Shown: piece after piece, positions 30,094-39,415 of the stretch
Layout of the letters: each line of letters starts with the position of its first letter
Position numbering within the stretch: the stretch's first letter is position 1
DNA from: an uncultured Candidatus Saccharibacteria bacterium
GTDB taxonomy: Bacteria; Patescibacteriota; Minisyncoccia; UBA6257; 1-14-0-10-44-23
Direction: 5' to 3'
Assembly: GCA_964394435.1 (NCBI GenBank)
Contig: CAYMXN010000002.1
Coordinates: 14,196 to 78,195 of the forward strand
DNA: 64,000 bases
The notes under the pieces: model-generated
Told to the model about the DNA's origin: nothing
Database searches by the model: none
Seen by the model: only the letters and a program-made list of their open reading frames with translations
Program-made: the position numbers and the translations under genes

Positions 30094-30609
30094 TTACATC
30101 TTTCGGCTGTCGTACGCCCAGTGGAGTAAGGCTTGGCGCTGTTTCGTGTGGCAACTAAAATCCCCTATGCGGCAGCTCTTTTTGATTTGCGCGATATGGC
30201 GCACCATCGCCTTCCAGCGCTTAATTTGGCGGACATCTTCATCTGGAATGCGCCTGCCCATATAGTAGCGACAGTACCACTGAAACCAACCACGCGGATC
30301 ATCTTTATATATCCACCCCTTCGCCTGCCAGACTGCGATCGGCTGACTCGCGTCTACTTTAAAAAAGTTAAGCTTGGGGTCGTGTCCCGCCACCCCCTGG
30401 GGTAACAGAATAGCTTTTGCAAACCAAGCTGCGGGAAATTCTTTTTGGCAGTCTCGCATATAGCGCCCACCAAATACGCCAAGCTCGAGCATCTGCTTTG
30501 GTGTCAGATCGGGCTTAAAGTCTGACGCAAAATTACGTCCCTCTGGCTCGGTGAGCTCGTAGGAGTAGTTTTTCTGCATCAGGTCATTTACCGTTATTCG
30601 ATTACCCAT
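30094..30609 (-). CDS. conserved hypothetical protein (171 aa)
   Basis: Intact ORF with Trp-rich motifs (KGWIYKDDPRGWFQWYCRYY). Family not recognised. Confidence 0.45.
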   Translation of the reverse strand: MGNRITVNDLMQKNYSYELTEPEGRNFASDFKPDLTPKQMLELGVFGGRYMRDCQKEFPAAWFAKAILLPQGVAGHDPKLNFFKVDASQPIAVWQAKGWIYKDDPRGWFQWYCRYYMGRRIPDEDVRQIKRWKAMVRHIAQIKKSCRIGDFSCHTKQRQALLHWAYDSRKM

Positions 30610-30610
30610 A

Positions 30611-31087
30611 CTATTCTTTTGCTTCTTTAAGGTCGGTGAGCACCTCGCCAGCGTGTAGCTCGGGCTTTACCTTTTCGTACACTTTAGCAATCCTTCCTTT
30701 TGGGTCGATTAAAAATGAGGTGCGGAGCGTACCCATATACTCACGACCCATAAACTTTTTCAGCTGCCAGACGCCGTACCGTGCGACTACTTTCTTTTCT
30801 TCGTCAGACAGTAGTGTAAATGGGAGCTTATATTTTTTCGCAAACTTCTCATGACTTTTCACCGAGTCGGTACTTATGCCAAACACCTTCGCCTTGAGCT
30901 TTTCAAACTTTGGAAACTCGGCGGCGATTGAGCACGCTTCTTTTGTGCACCCTGGAGTGTCATCTTTTGGATAGAAATACAACAAAACCCACTGACCCTG
31001 ATAGTCAGAGAGTGTATGTTGTTTGCCTTGTTGATCGAGTAATTGGAAATCCGGAGCCTGGTCGCCGACTGATAGGTTATTGGCCAT
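30611..31087 (-). CDS. bcp: peroxiredoxin Bcp (thiol peroxidase, PrxQ type)
   Basis: PKDDTPGCTKEAC with the peroxidatic Cys in a thioredoxin fold. 158 aa. Confidence 0.9.
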   Translation of the reverse strand: MANNLSVGDQAPDFQLLDQQGKQHTLSDYQGQWVLLYFYPKDDTPGCTKEACSIAAEFPKFEKLKAKVFGISTDSVKSHEKFAKKYKLPFTLLSDEEKKVVARYGVWQLKKFMGREYMGTLRTSFLIDPKGRIAKVYEKVKPELHAGEVLTDLKEAKE

Positions 31088-31106
31088 ATATCCGGATTAT
31101 AGCACT

Positions 31107-32408
31107 TTAGCCCTGATGGCGGCTGCCGTGAAACCCTCCACCCCTGCTGCGATTGCCCTGGCGACGCCACGGACCACGCTGCGGATGATTCGATGAACCG
31201 CGACGGTGATGATTTGATCCTGACTCACGAAATCCGCGCTGTGGCAGATCTGGCTGCAGATGAGCGAGTTTAATCTTTGGACGAGCTGGCGGAAGAATTG
31301 GAAGCTTAGAAACTGGAAGCGTTGCTTTAATTAAGCGTTCGATCGACATAACGTCGCGGCGCTCGGTCGGCATCGCAAATGAGATCGCGTGGCCACTGCC
31401 TCCGGCACGGCCGGTACGACCGATGCGGTGCACGTAGTCTTCGCTCGCTGCCGGTAAGTCGTAGTTGATAACGAGCTCGATATTATTGACGTCGATACCA
31501 CGGGCGGCGATGTCGGTCGCGACCAATACGCGATAACGACCGGTCTTAAATCCCTCTAAAGCGTCTTTGCGCTGATTCAGTGAGCGGTTGGCGTGAATCT
31601 CGCTCGCCTGGTGCCCCATTTCGCGGACTGCGGCAGCGACACGCTTCGCCTGAAACTTCATACGACAAAATACTAATACTGAACCACGATACTCCTGAAG
31701 TAATTTTTCGAGCAAGCGCGACTTGTCGTCTTTAGAAACGAAAAATACTTCTTGCGTAACATCTTTCGCGGTCGTTCCCGGACGGGCGATCTCGACGCGA
31801 ATTGGCAACTTTAAATAAGTGTTTGCGATTTTTACAATTTGTTCAGGCATCGTCGCTGAAAATAGCATCGTTTGACGCTCTTTTGGAACGGCCATCAAAA
31901 TCTGCTTCAGCTGTACCTCAAAACCCATATCAAGCATGCGATCGGCCTCATCTAATACGAGCGTCTTTACCTTCGCGAGATTAACGGTCTTTTGCATCAT
32001 ATGGTCGAGCAAGCGACCCGGGGTAGCGATAATCACATGCGGATTGGCACGTAAGCGCTGGTGCTGACGAAACATTGGTTCGCCACCGATTAAGCACGCG
32101 TTGCGCATACCAAGCGGGCGACCGATTTTCTCAAATGTTTCAGCGATTTGCAGAGCGAGCTCGCGCGTTGGAGCGATGACCAAGCCGATGCCGGCTCCCT
32201 TTAATACCGACTGAAGAAGCGGTACGCCAAAAGCGAGCGTCTTCCCTGTTCCGGTTTGGGCGATACCCATTAGGTCTTTTCCTTCGATGGCGATAGGAAT
32301 CGACTGTTTTTGAATTGGAGTCGGCGCCTTATACCCGATTTGATCGAGGACCGTTAAAATACCCGGTGCGATGCCCAACCCCTGAAAGCTTTGTTCACTG
32401 TTTTCCAT
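31107..32408 (-). CDS. DEAD-box ATP-dependent RNA helicase with R/G-rich tail
   Basis: Q motif, AQTGTGKT, DEAD, SAT and HRIGRTGRAG. C-terminal RGG-like low complexity. Confidence 0.93.
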   Translation of the reverse strand: MENSEQSFQGLGIAPGILTVLDQIGYKAPTPIQKQSIPIAIEGKDLMGIAQTGTGKTLAFGVPLLQSVLKGAGIGLVIAPTRELALQIAETFEKIGRPLGMRNACLIGGEPMFRQHQRLRANPHVIIATPGRLLDHMMQKTVNLAKVKTLVLDEADRMLDMGFEVQLKQILMAVPKERQTMLFSATMPEQIVKIANTYLKLPIRVEIARPGTTAKDVTQEVFFVSKDDKSRLLEKLLQEYRGSVLVFCRMKFQAKRVAAAVREMGHQASEIHANRSLNQRKDALEGFKTGRYRVLVATDIAARGIDVNNIELVINYDLPAASEDYVHRIGRTGRAGGSGHAISFAMPTERRDVMSIERLIKATLPVSKLPILPPARPKIKLAHLQPDLPQRGFRESGSNHHRRGSSNHPQRGPWRRQGNRSRGGGFHGSRHQG

Positions 32409-32503
32409 AAGAACATCACTCTAGCAGACTATTGCCAAAATAGCTAATATTTGTTGCTATAAAGAAAAACCCGCCAAACCATTGCTGCTTTGGCGGGTGC
32501 GAT

Positions 32504-33610
32504 TTATTTGTGGCGCGAAAGGTTGAAATTACTCCATTCTGGATTACCAGTCACCTCTTTGATGACCGTGATGAACGGTGGTAACTCAACGCGTTGCTGC
32601 TCTTCGGTAAGCTCAACCTCTAGCAGGTACATCCCCGCTAGATGATCGCAAAATCGGTCGAGCTCGAAGTACTGGTTTTTCCAGAGAAATGGATATCGCA
32701 TCTTGCGTATGCGTCGCCTAGACGGATCCGCCTCTTCGAGCAGGAGATTGTATCCGCCTAAATCCAGCTGACGCGTGCGCTCACCCCGAGCGTTTGTGTC
32801 CGGGAGCTTACGTTTCGTCGTCTGGAAAAAGGTAGAACACCCATCAAGCGTGCGCCGGCGCACACGGCGCTCTTCTCCCGGTCTGTGCGAGTGCAAATAC
32901 TGCTGCGTAATCATCACGCCGCGAGTATGCACGGGAAACTCTGACGGCTTACACGCCATAACGACAAACTTTCGTTCGTCCTCGATTGGCACAGGGATAC
33001 CCAGTCCGCGCGCCAACACCTGCTTGAGGCGCAACAACTTTCTGGGAAAGTCAGTCGAGTTATCGATGACGCGCAAGTGCTCGGCACCAACCCAGGCGTT
33101 TTGCGTGAGCAGATCTAACTCGCGCGCCCTACTTGGACTCTCGGTGCGCACCTTGTTGTTCTCGAGCGTGTAAAACGCCTCGGCACCATTCGCAGCGGTT
33201 ATCAAGTGAGCAATCACATCGTATCTATCCAAAAGCGCTAGCTCTCTGACGCCGGTACGCTTTAAGATTTTCTCGACGTGAATGGGATCTACATACGCCC
33301 TGAAATCGAGCGCTCCGCGATCACACAGCAGAATTCGTCCGCGCTCCCCTGGCTCAACTTGAGCGAGCGCTTCTGCATACGCCTGTTCAGTTGCGAGCTG
33401 AAGCTTGAGCAGATGGACTTGAAATGCGAGTGGGTCTTTCCATCGCTGCATCGGACTCAAGCCCGCGTTTGCAATGCGAGTCGCCTGCTCTTCAACCACT
33501 GCGACCGAGTATCCCGCCGCCCTAAGCCAGTCGGGAATTTCGAGCACTGCCGTCGTCTTGCCGCTGCAAGGACCGCCGGTGATTACTGCACGACTAAGCT
33601 TTTCTTCCAT
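32504..33610 (-). CDS. P-loop NTPase/kinase domain fused to C-terminal CYTH (triphosphate tunnel) domain
   Basis: Walker A GGPCSGKTT at the N-terminus. IEDERKFVV (the ExExK hallmark of CYTH) begins the C-terminal half. Confidence 0.6.
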   Translation of the reverse strand: MEEKLSRAVITGGPCSGKTTAVLEIPDWLRAAGYSVAVVEEQATRIANAGLSPMQRWKDPLAFQVHLLKLQLATEQAYAEALAQVEPGERGRILLCDRGALDFRAYVDPIHVEKILKRTGVRELALLDRYDVIAHLITAANGAEAFYTLENNKVRTESPSRARELDLLTQNAWVGAEHLRVIDNSTDFPRKLLRLKQVLARGLGIPVPIEDERKFVVMACKPSEFPVHTRGVMITQQYLHSHRPGEERRVRRRTLDGCSTFFQTTKRKLPDTNARGERTRQLDLGGYNLLLEEADPSRRRIRKMRYPFLWKNQYFELDRFCDHLAGMYLLEVELTEEQQRVELPPFITVIKEVTGNPEWSNFNLSRHK

Positions 33611-33684
33611 GACTACCAACCTCCGTAGGATGTACCGCAGGCATCATACCCCACCTGTCTTCTCCTAATCAAGCTATCCAAAAC

Positions 33685-33713
33685 TAAAAACCACCAGGCA
33701 GCCTGGTGGTTTT
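33685..33713. terminator. intrinsic terminator downstream of membrane protein gene 33719-34177
   Basis: AAAAACCACCAGG-CAGC-CTGGTGGTTTTT. Confidence 0.65.
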
Positions 33714-33718
33714 TAGTT

Positions 33719-34177
33719 TTACTTTTGCTGCGGAGGAATCATCGGCTCCATCTGCCCAGTGTAGAGCGGGCGAACCTGGAACAAGATGTAAAACCCAATC
33801 GCGAGACTAATAATCATTCCGACAATATTCATCATTAGGAGATTTTGTAATCCACTTACAAGCACTCCATAAAATATGAAGTTCCAACCAACAAGCGAGC
33901 GCTTGCGAAGCCCTGGAATAGCAAGGGCGTTTAAAATAACGCCCACTAAAAGAAAGATCCAGGCGGCACCAAATCCACTATACGCCATATAGCCGTACCC
34001 TCCCATCATCGCGAAACGCGAAAATCCAAATACGGTAAGGATTGCCGGAATGGCCAATACGACACCGATAATTGCGAGCCATGGCGCGATTTTCACCAAA
34101 AACTCTTTCGCCTTTCCTGGTAGCTGCGGAGCCTTTTGCCCAAAGTACAGATCAAGCCACTTGATAAGCTGATTCAT
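33719..34177 (-). CDS. hypothetical polytopic membrane protein
   Basis: 152 aa with 4 predicted TM helices. Confidence 0.5.
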   Translation of the reverse strand: MNQLIKWLDLYFGQKAPQLPGKAKEFLVKIAPWLAIIGVVLAIPAILTVFGFSRFAMMGGYGYMAYSGFGAAWIFLLVGVILNALAIPGLRKRSLVGWNFIFYGVLVSGLQNLLMMNIVGMIISLAIGFYILFQVRPLYTGQMEPMIPPQQK

Positions 34178-34255
34178 AGGTATGTTTATAATTACTTAAT
34201 TAGTATCTAGTATACTCCTTCTGCTTGCGAGCGCAAAAACTGATATACTTTATAT

Positions 34256-35752
34256 ATGATGCGCTTACGCGGCCTCTTTCTTTTCTTTACTCTTCTTTCT
34301 TCACTCACCTCACCACTCATTACCCAGGCGCATGACGAAGGATTTTTTGAGTTCGCACCAGATGCGTGGCAGTCAGAACGAGTACTCGTCTCCAGCCTCC
34401 AAACTCCGATTCAAATATTTCAACCGGCTATTAGCACTACCTTAACCGGTTTTTCATTTTGGGTAGACAACACTGGAAGTGCGGGCGATGTAAGCTTTGC
34501 ACTTATTGATAGCGACTACAATACACTTGCTACAAAAACTGTAACTCTCCCCGCTACCGCAGCAGTTGATGGTGGCACAAAATTTCACGTAGACCTCACA
34601 ACCCCGATTACTCTGACTGCCGGAGCTACCTATGGAATTCAGATCAACTCCACACTCCCGGGATTTGGCATATATTACGCTAACCGCATCACCATCCTTG
34701 AACACAACCTCCCCTACACCCTAACCTACCAGTATGGTGCGGCTCGCGTTGGTGGCGACGATCAGTCGTATACTTTTAAATTCGCACTCTATCGTCCGCC
34801 GACCGGCTCGGCGACTATCACCAGCCCAACACCAGATCCGACGCCAACTAGCACTGCACCGACATCGGCCGTGATGAATAATGTGCACGCGGTACTCATC
34901 ACTGGTACGAGTGCGACGTTTGCCTGGTCAACAAATATCGCCACTGACTCACGTATTGCGATTCGTACCCAGCTCAACTCACTCTATACCATCGCCACGA
35001 CCTTTGATCCGACGCTTGAACTCGAACACACGCTCACCATCTACGGACTTAGTCCAAGTATCGCCTACTTTGCGGATATCAGCTCGGGCTTAGGAGAGCA
35101 ATACACCCTCGCAACTTATACGCTCGGGTTTAGTACGACAGCCAGCGGACAAGAGAGTACGACGGTGTATCAAAATCCAGGAACAACAACCAACTCAACG
35201 ACTACGAGTAATACGAATACGAACTCAAACACTTCGACGACAAACACAAATACATCAAGCTCGAGCACTTCCAATAACACAAATTCGAATACTACCGGGA
35301 GCCAATCTAACACTTCTAACTCCGGACAGAGCACTTCAAATACAACTAGCTCAAACACTCCTCCTGATTTAGTAGTCGAGTCAGGTACTAAAGCTGACAA
35401 CTTTACGCTCGCCTGGGAAGAGCCAACTACTGGCGCGCCAGCAAACGGATATCGTGTCGATATCTTTGATGCAAATAATGGCCTTGAGCGTCAGTTTCAT
35501 GTTGGCGCGAGCACTACCGAACAGGTCATTGGAGGTTTACCAGCTGGCGATCACCGCGCGATTGTGTATGCGAATAATGAGGGAACGTTTACGAAAGTAG
35601 CGCCAAGCAAGGAGTTTAGTATTAAGTCGCAAGTTAATAAGCATATCTGGATTTCGGTCACTCTCGCCGCGCTCTTTTTCCTCCTCTCGTCTGCGGCAGT
35701 AATCTGGTGGTTTACTAAAGAGAAATCTCCGTTGCCGGTTATTGAGGAGTAG
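34256..35752 (+). CDS. cell-surface protein with signal peptide, S/T/N-rich linker and C-terminal TM anchor
   Basis: Signal peptide LLSSLTSPLITQA/HD, a roughly 60-aa Thr/Asn/Ser-only linker, and a C-terminal hydrophobic anchor WISVTLAALFFLLSSAAVIWWF. Confidence 0.6.
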   Translation: MMRLRGLFLFFTLLSSLTSPLITQAHDEGFFEFAPDAWQSERVLVSSLQTPIQIFQPAISTTLTGFSFWVDNTGSAGDVSFALIDSDYNTLATKTVTLPATAAVDGGTKFHVDLTTPITLTAGATYGIQINSTLPGFGIYYANRITILEHNLPYTLTYQYGAARVGGDDQSYTFKFALYRPPTGSATITSPTPDPTPTSTAPTSAVMNNVHAVLITGTSATFAWSTNIATDSRIAIRTQLNSLYTIATTFDPTLELEHTLTIYGLSPSIAYFADISSGLGEQYTLATYTLGFSTTASGQESTTVYQNPGTTTNSTTTSNTNTNSNTSTTNTNTSSSSTSNNTNSNTTGSQSNTSNSGQSTSNTTSSNTPPDLVVESGTKADNFTLAWEEPTTGAPANGYRVDIFDANNGLERQFHVGASTTEQVIGGLPAGDHRAIVYANNEGTFTKVAPSKEFSIKSQVNKHIWISVTLAALFFLLSSAAVIWWFTKEKSPLPVIEE

Positions 35753-35770
35753 GAGCGTTACTTATAGTAG

Positions 35771-35796
35771 GTCTGGCTTATAAGCCAGACTTTTTA
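35771..35796 (+). terminator. intrinsic terminator of the surface-protein gene
   Basis: GTCTGGCTTATAAGCCAGAC followed by TTTTTA. Confidence 0.6.
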
Positions 35797-35878
35797 TTAG
35801 GATATTTTCGAAAATAAAAACAGCCCAGTGACAGACGCTTGCGCGTATGCACCGGGCTGAACAGGGCCGAACTGCTGA

Positions 35879-36562
35879 CTACCCCTTGCCCCCTGGAGGA
35901 GGCGCGAAGGCGGCGATCGGAGTCCAGCCGAGCAACTTGTCACCTGGCTTGGACCCCTCCGGACCCTGGATCATCGGGAGCGGATCGGTCCGCTGCCCGA
36001 AGTTGAGCTCGAAGCCCGTCGCCAGACGCGAGATGAGCACGTACTCCTTCTCCTGCCCCACCGGAGCCGTGGGCAGGACCGTCGCCCCGTTGAGGACCCA
36101 GGCGCGGCGCTTGTCGCACGTGCCGACGTTGCCGCAGACCTTGACCCAGCCCGCCTCGCCGACCTGCAGCGTCGCCACCGTGAGGTGGTAGAACTGCGAG
36201 GGAACGACGGCCGGGACCGGCTTGGACGACTCGCTGGGCGACTTCATCGCCGGCACCGTCGGGCAGTCCATGTCCGACTGCGGGAGACCCGGTACGGTCG
36301 GAGCCATGAGCCACTCGTTGAAGCCCGAGGCCTCCTTGGAGTTCGGCGAGGACGTGAACGTCTTCACCGCCTGCTTCGTCTCCTTGTCGTCGCCGCTGTT
36401 CCAGCAGAGGCCGACGATGATGACGATGATCAGGACGATGATACCCCCGATCGCCACGAGGCGACCGCGGGTGATCCCCCCGGGCACCTCGTGCGGGACG
36501 GGGTCGCCGCCGGACGAAGCCGGGGCGTGGGGGTCGTGGGAATCGTGGGAATCGGCGGACAC
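35879..36562 (-). CDS. single-pass membrane protein, very GC-rich cassette E (about 66 percent GC)
   Basis: His/Asp-rich cytoplasmic N-terminus, TM helix LVAIGGIIVLIIVIIVGLCW, Pro/Cys-containing ectodomain. AGGAGG 5 nt before a GTG. Strong promoter immediately upstream. Confidence 0.55.
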   Translation of the reverse strand: MSADSHDSHDPHAPASSGGDPVPHEVPGGITRGRLVAIGGIIVLIIVIIVGLCWNSGDDKETKQAVKTFTSSPNSKEASGFNEWLMAPTVPGLPQSDMDCPTVPAMKSPSESSKPVPAVVPSQFYHLTVATLQVGEAGWVKVCGNVGTCDKRRAWVLNGATVLPTAPVGQEKEYVLISRLATGFELNFGQRTDPLPMIQGPEGSKPGDKLLGWTPIAAFAPPPGGKG

Positions 36563-36600
36563 AGACACCTCCTTATTGGACTAGAGACATAGCCGTTTTG

Positions 36601-36640
36601 GCTTTTACTATAATAGCATACTATTTATATAAAGTCAATA
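36601..36640 (-). promoter_or_regulatory. near-consensus sigma70 promoter (TTGACT-17-TATTAT) driving cassette E
   Basis: Minus strand reads TTGACTttatataaatagtatgcTATTATagt, about 35 nt before the RBS. Confidence 0.55.
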
Positions 36641-36744
36641 GTTCGGGCAAAGGCGGCAATTCGAACATACCCCCTTCGACTTCCTATCTCAGGCCATTCG
36701 GCTCTGAAAGCTTCAGGCTCGATGAGGTCATTTCCCTTTGGAAA

Positions 36745-36980
36745 ATGAAATAAAAAGCAGCGCCGAAGGAAGGTCCTTCTGCGCTGCGGAGAGAAAGCCG
36801 GGTGACTCTTTGGTTTGCTTTGGCCTGGGAAATGGGGATGTGGAGGTCGAGGTCCGCAGGGACGCCCGACGAAAGCCTTAGCTCACCGCTAAGCCACCCG
36901 GAAAAGCGGTATCGCCGAGGGTTTGGAGACTACCCTCTTTGATGTACTCAAAGAGTACCCTTCCTCCGAAGGCTCGTCAA
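36745..36980 (-). other. structured noncoding region downstream of ftsX (about 235 nt) ending in an intrinsic terminator
   Basis: Multiple nested inverted repeats (CCGGGTG...CACCCGG, GCTTAGC..GCTAAG, GTCCCTGCGGAC). Terminal hairpin CAGCGC-N17-GCGCTG plus CTTTTTATTT. Confidence 0.4.
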
Positions 36981-37889
36981 CTAGACTTTGAGGTAGCGCC
37001 TGATAGCGATCCAACTACTGATAATACCGAGACCACAGCCGGCTAAGATGAGATATCCAAACAATTGAAATAGATTTGAGTAGAAATACACTTCGATATT
37101 AACCTCGGGTATAACTGCAGCAAAATATGGCGAGGCGAAGTTGATTGCCGGAGCGGCGATAAGCATCGTAAAGACGGCTCCAAATACTCCGTACAAGATT
37201 CCGTTTACAATATATGGCCCTTTGATAAAGGTGTTAGACCCTCCGACTAAACGCATAATCGCGATCTCTTCTCGATTGCTGTAAATCGCCAGACGAATCG
37301 TGTTGAATGCGACAAGACAAGCGGCGATGGCGATAAATACAGCGAGAACAAATCCAACTTTATTGACCGTATCAATAATCTTGTTGAGGCGCTCGATCGC
37401 TTTTTGGTTTTGGGCGTAGGTAATTTTCTCGACAATTGATTTAAAGTTGTCGTTTTCTAAATATGAGGCGATGATTGGATAATCCTTTGTGTCGTTCGCT
37501 TTAATGTTTACCGAGGCACGCAACGGATTAGCACTTAACTCCTGAAGCGCCTGACTGATGGTCGGGTCTTCTTTGTGGTTCTCTTTAAAAATTTCAAGCG
37601 CTTTGTCGCGCGAGATATACTCGACGCTCTTTACCTCCGGGAGTTGCTCGAGTGCTTTTTCGATTTTCAAAATATCATCTTCTGGAGCGGCAACTTTGAA
37701 ATACACGGCGATGTCTATTTTGTCGCGTAATGAGTCGGTAGCGGTCTTAGTTAACACATCAAACATCGTAAGTCCGTTGAATAAGAGTAGCGCCAATACC
37801 ATAACCACGATGGTCGCGATTGAAAGTGAGCTGTTACGCCAAAAGCTCTGGAAGCCGTATTTAATCATTCGTAATAGTCCGGTAAGCAT
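36981..37889 (-). CDS. ftsX: cell division permease FtsX
   Basis: 4-TM FtsX topology with a large first periplasmic loop. Follows ftsE. Confidence 0.88.
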   Translation of the reverse strand: MLTGLLRMIKYGFQSFWRNSSLSIATIVVMVLALLLFNGLTMFDVLTKTATDSLRDKIDIAVYFKVAAPEDDILKIEKALEQLPEVKSVEYISRDKALEIFKENHKEDPTISQALQELSANPLRASVNIKANDTKDYPIIASYLENDNFKSIVEKITYAQNQKAIERLNKIIDTVNKVGFVLAVFIAIAACLVAFNTIRLAIYSNREEIAIMRLVGGSNTFIKGPYIVNGILYGVFGAVFTMLIAAPAINFASPYFAAVIPEVNIEVYFYSNLFQLFGYLILAGCGLGIISSWIAIRRYLKV

Positions 37890-37893
37890 ATGA

Positions 37894-38577
37894 TTACATT
37901 ATGACGTATTTACCGTTTGCCTCATCTCGTACGATGCGCCCATCAACGAGGGTAATAACGCGCTTATTTAACTTATTAACCACATCTTTGTTATGGCTCG
38001 CTAAAATAATCGTCGTGCCAAGCTCGTTAATGCGCTGAAGCAACTTAATAATTTCATCGGTATTTAAATCATCGAGGTTTCCGGTCGGCTCGTCAGCGAC
38101 GATGACTGATGGGTGGTGGATCATAGCTCTTGCGATTGCGACGCGTTGCTTTTCACCGCCAGACAGTTCGTGTGGAAAGTTGTGATGTTTGTCGGAAAGA
38201 CCGACGAGGTCGAGCACCTGCGGTACAAACTCTTCGATCTCATCTTGAGCGCGTCCCCCTACTTCGAGCGCGAATGCAACGTTTTCATACGCAGTTTTTT
38301 TCGGCAATAATTTAAAGTCTTGGAATACGATGCCGATTTGTCGGCGCAGTCGTGGAAGCTCATTATTTTTAAGCTTATTCACTTCTTTGTCTTCAATAAC
38401 AATCCGCCCTTTGCTTGGGCGGTCTTCGCCGATCATTAGCTTAATAAGCGTGCTCTTACCCGCTCCGGACTTACCTACCAGCGACACAAACTCACCCGGC
38501 TTTATCTTAAAGCTAATATCTTCGACACCAACAGACTTATTACTGTAGATTTTAGAAACGCCAAAAAATTCAATCAT
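37894..38577 (-). CDS. ftsE: cell division ABC ATPase FtsE
   Basis: Walker A GKSGAGKST, signature LSGGEKQRVAIARA, Walker B IVADEPTGNLD. Start set at MIEFFG. Confidence 0.92.
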   Translation of the reverse strand: MIEFFGVSKIYSNKSVGVEDISFKIKPGEFVSLVGKSGAGKSTLIKLMIGEDRPSKGRIVIEDKEVNKLKNNELPRLRRQIGIVFQDFKLLPKKTAYENVAFALEVGGRAQDEIEEFVPQVLDLVGLSDKHHNFPHELSGGEKQRVAIARAMIHHPSVIVADEPTGNLDDLNTDEIIKLLQRINELGTTIILASHNKDVVNKLNKRVITLVDGRIVRDEANGKYVIM

Positions 38578-38647
38578 AGTAGGTGCGCTTTTTCTGACTA
38601 CAACGCTCACTTAGCGCATACCGTATAGTATAGCAAATTTTCACCTC

Positions 38648-39391
38648 TTACGGCAGTTGCAACTCGGCCTCGATAAACTTATCAAGATCACCCTTGAGTA
38701 CGTTTTCAACTTGCGTTGTTTCTGCCTTAGTGCGGTGGTCCTTAACCATCTTGTATGGGTTGAGCACGTACGAGCGAATCTGGCTCCCCCACTCCGGCTT
38801 GGCGTGGACGCGCAAATCCGACATCTCCTGTTTTTGATGCACCTCCATCAAATGAATCAATTTTGATTTTAACAATGCGACCGCCTTTTCTTTGTTTTGC
38901 GCCTGGCCGCGCTCGGCCTGACTTTCGGTCGCAATACCGGTCGGAATATGTACGACTCGCACCGCGGTCTCGCGCTTGTTCACATTTTGTCCGCCCGGAC
39001 CCGATGAGCGCGTAGTCTCAAATCGCAAGTCAGCATCTGGAATACGAAACTTCATATGTTCAACAGCCGGCAAAATTGGAACAACCTCAACGAGCGCGAA
39101 GCTCGTATGGCGAGCTTTTTTTGAATCAAATGGACTGATACGTACGAGACGATGTACGCCTGATTCTTTTCTAAGCGTTCCATACGCAAAATCACCCTTA
39201 ATCTCAATCGCACGATCAGTAATAAGCGAAACTTTAAATCCTCGCTTACCGCAGTACTTGATATACATCTCGACAAGCATATTTGCCCAATCTTTAGCAT
39301 CATCGCCGCCGACGCCAGGATAGACTGAAAGATGAGCCGAACCTTTGTCATATTTGCCGGTAAGAGGTTTTAACGGAAGTGTTGTTTCCAT
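38648..39391 (-). CDS. prfB: peptide chain release factor 2 (domains 2-4 only, 247 aa)
   Basis: SPF tripeptide (RISPFDS) and GGQ (SSGPGGQNVNK). No N-terminal domain and no CUU-UGA frameshift site upstream. Confidence 0.78.
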   Translation of the reverse strand: METTLPLKPLTGKYDKGSAHLSVYPGVGGDDAKDWANMLVEMYIKYCGKRGFKVSLITDRAIEIKGDFAYGTLRKESGVHRLVRISPFDSKKARHTSFALVEVVPILPAVEHMKFRIPDADLRFETTRSSGPGGQNVNKRETAVRVVHIPTGIATESQAERGQAQNKEKAVALLKSKLIHLMEVHQKQEMSDLRVHAKPEWGSQIRSYVLNPYKMVKDHRTKAETTQVENVLKGDLDKFIEAELQLP

Positions 39392-39415
39392 GATTTGTTT
39401 ACTGTAACAGACTTA

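Noticed and set aside
35940-36592. Several overlapping ORFs (36185-36592 +, 36222-36584 +, 35940-36314 -) in the GC-rich islet
   Set aside because: High GC suppresses stop codons in all frames. Only 35879-36562 (-) has a TM helix, sensible composition and an SD-start arrangement.
36745-36790. Possible SRP (4.5S) RNA because of a CCGAAGGAAGG-like string
   Set aside because: The string sits in the stem of the ftsX terminator hairpin on the wrong strand and orientation relative to the SRP helix-8 consensus. No matching 3' strand was found.
36600-36980. RNase P RNA or tmRNA in the long noncoding stretch after ftsX
   Set aside because: The region is too short (about 235 nt before the terminator). 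There are no P4 GGAAAGUCCGG-type or tRNA-like 3' end signatures.
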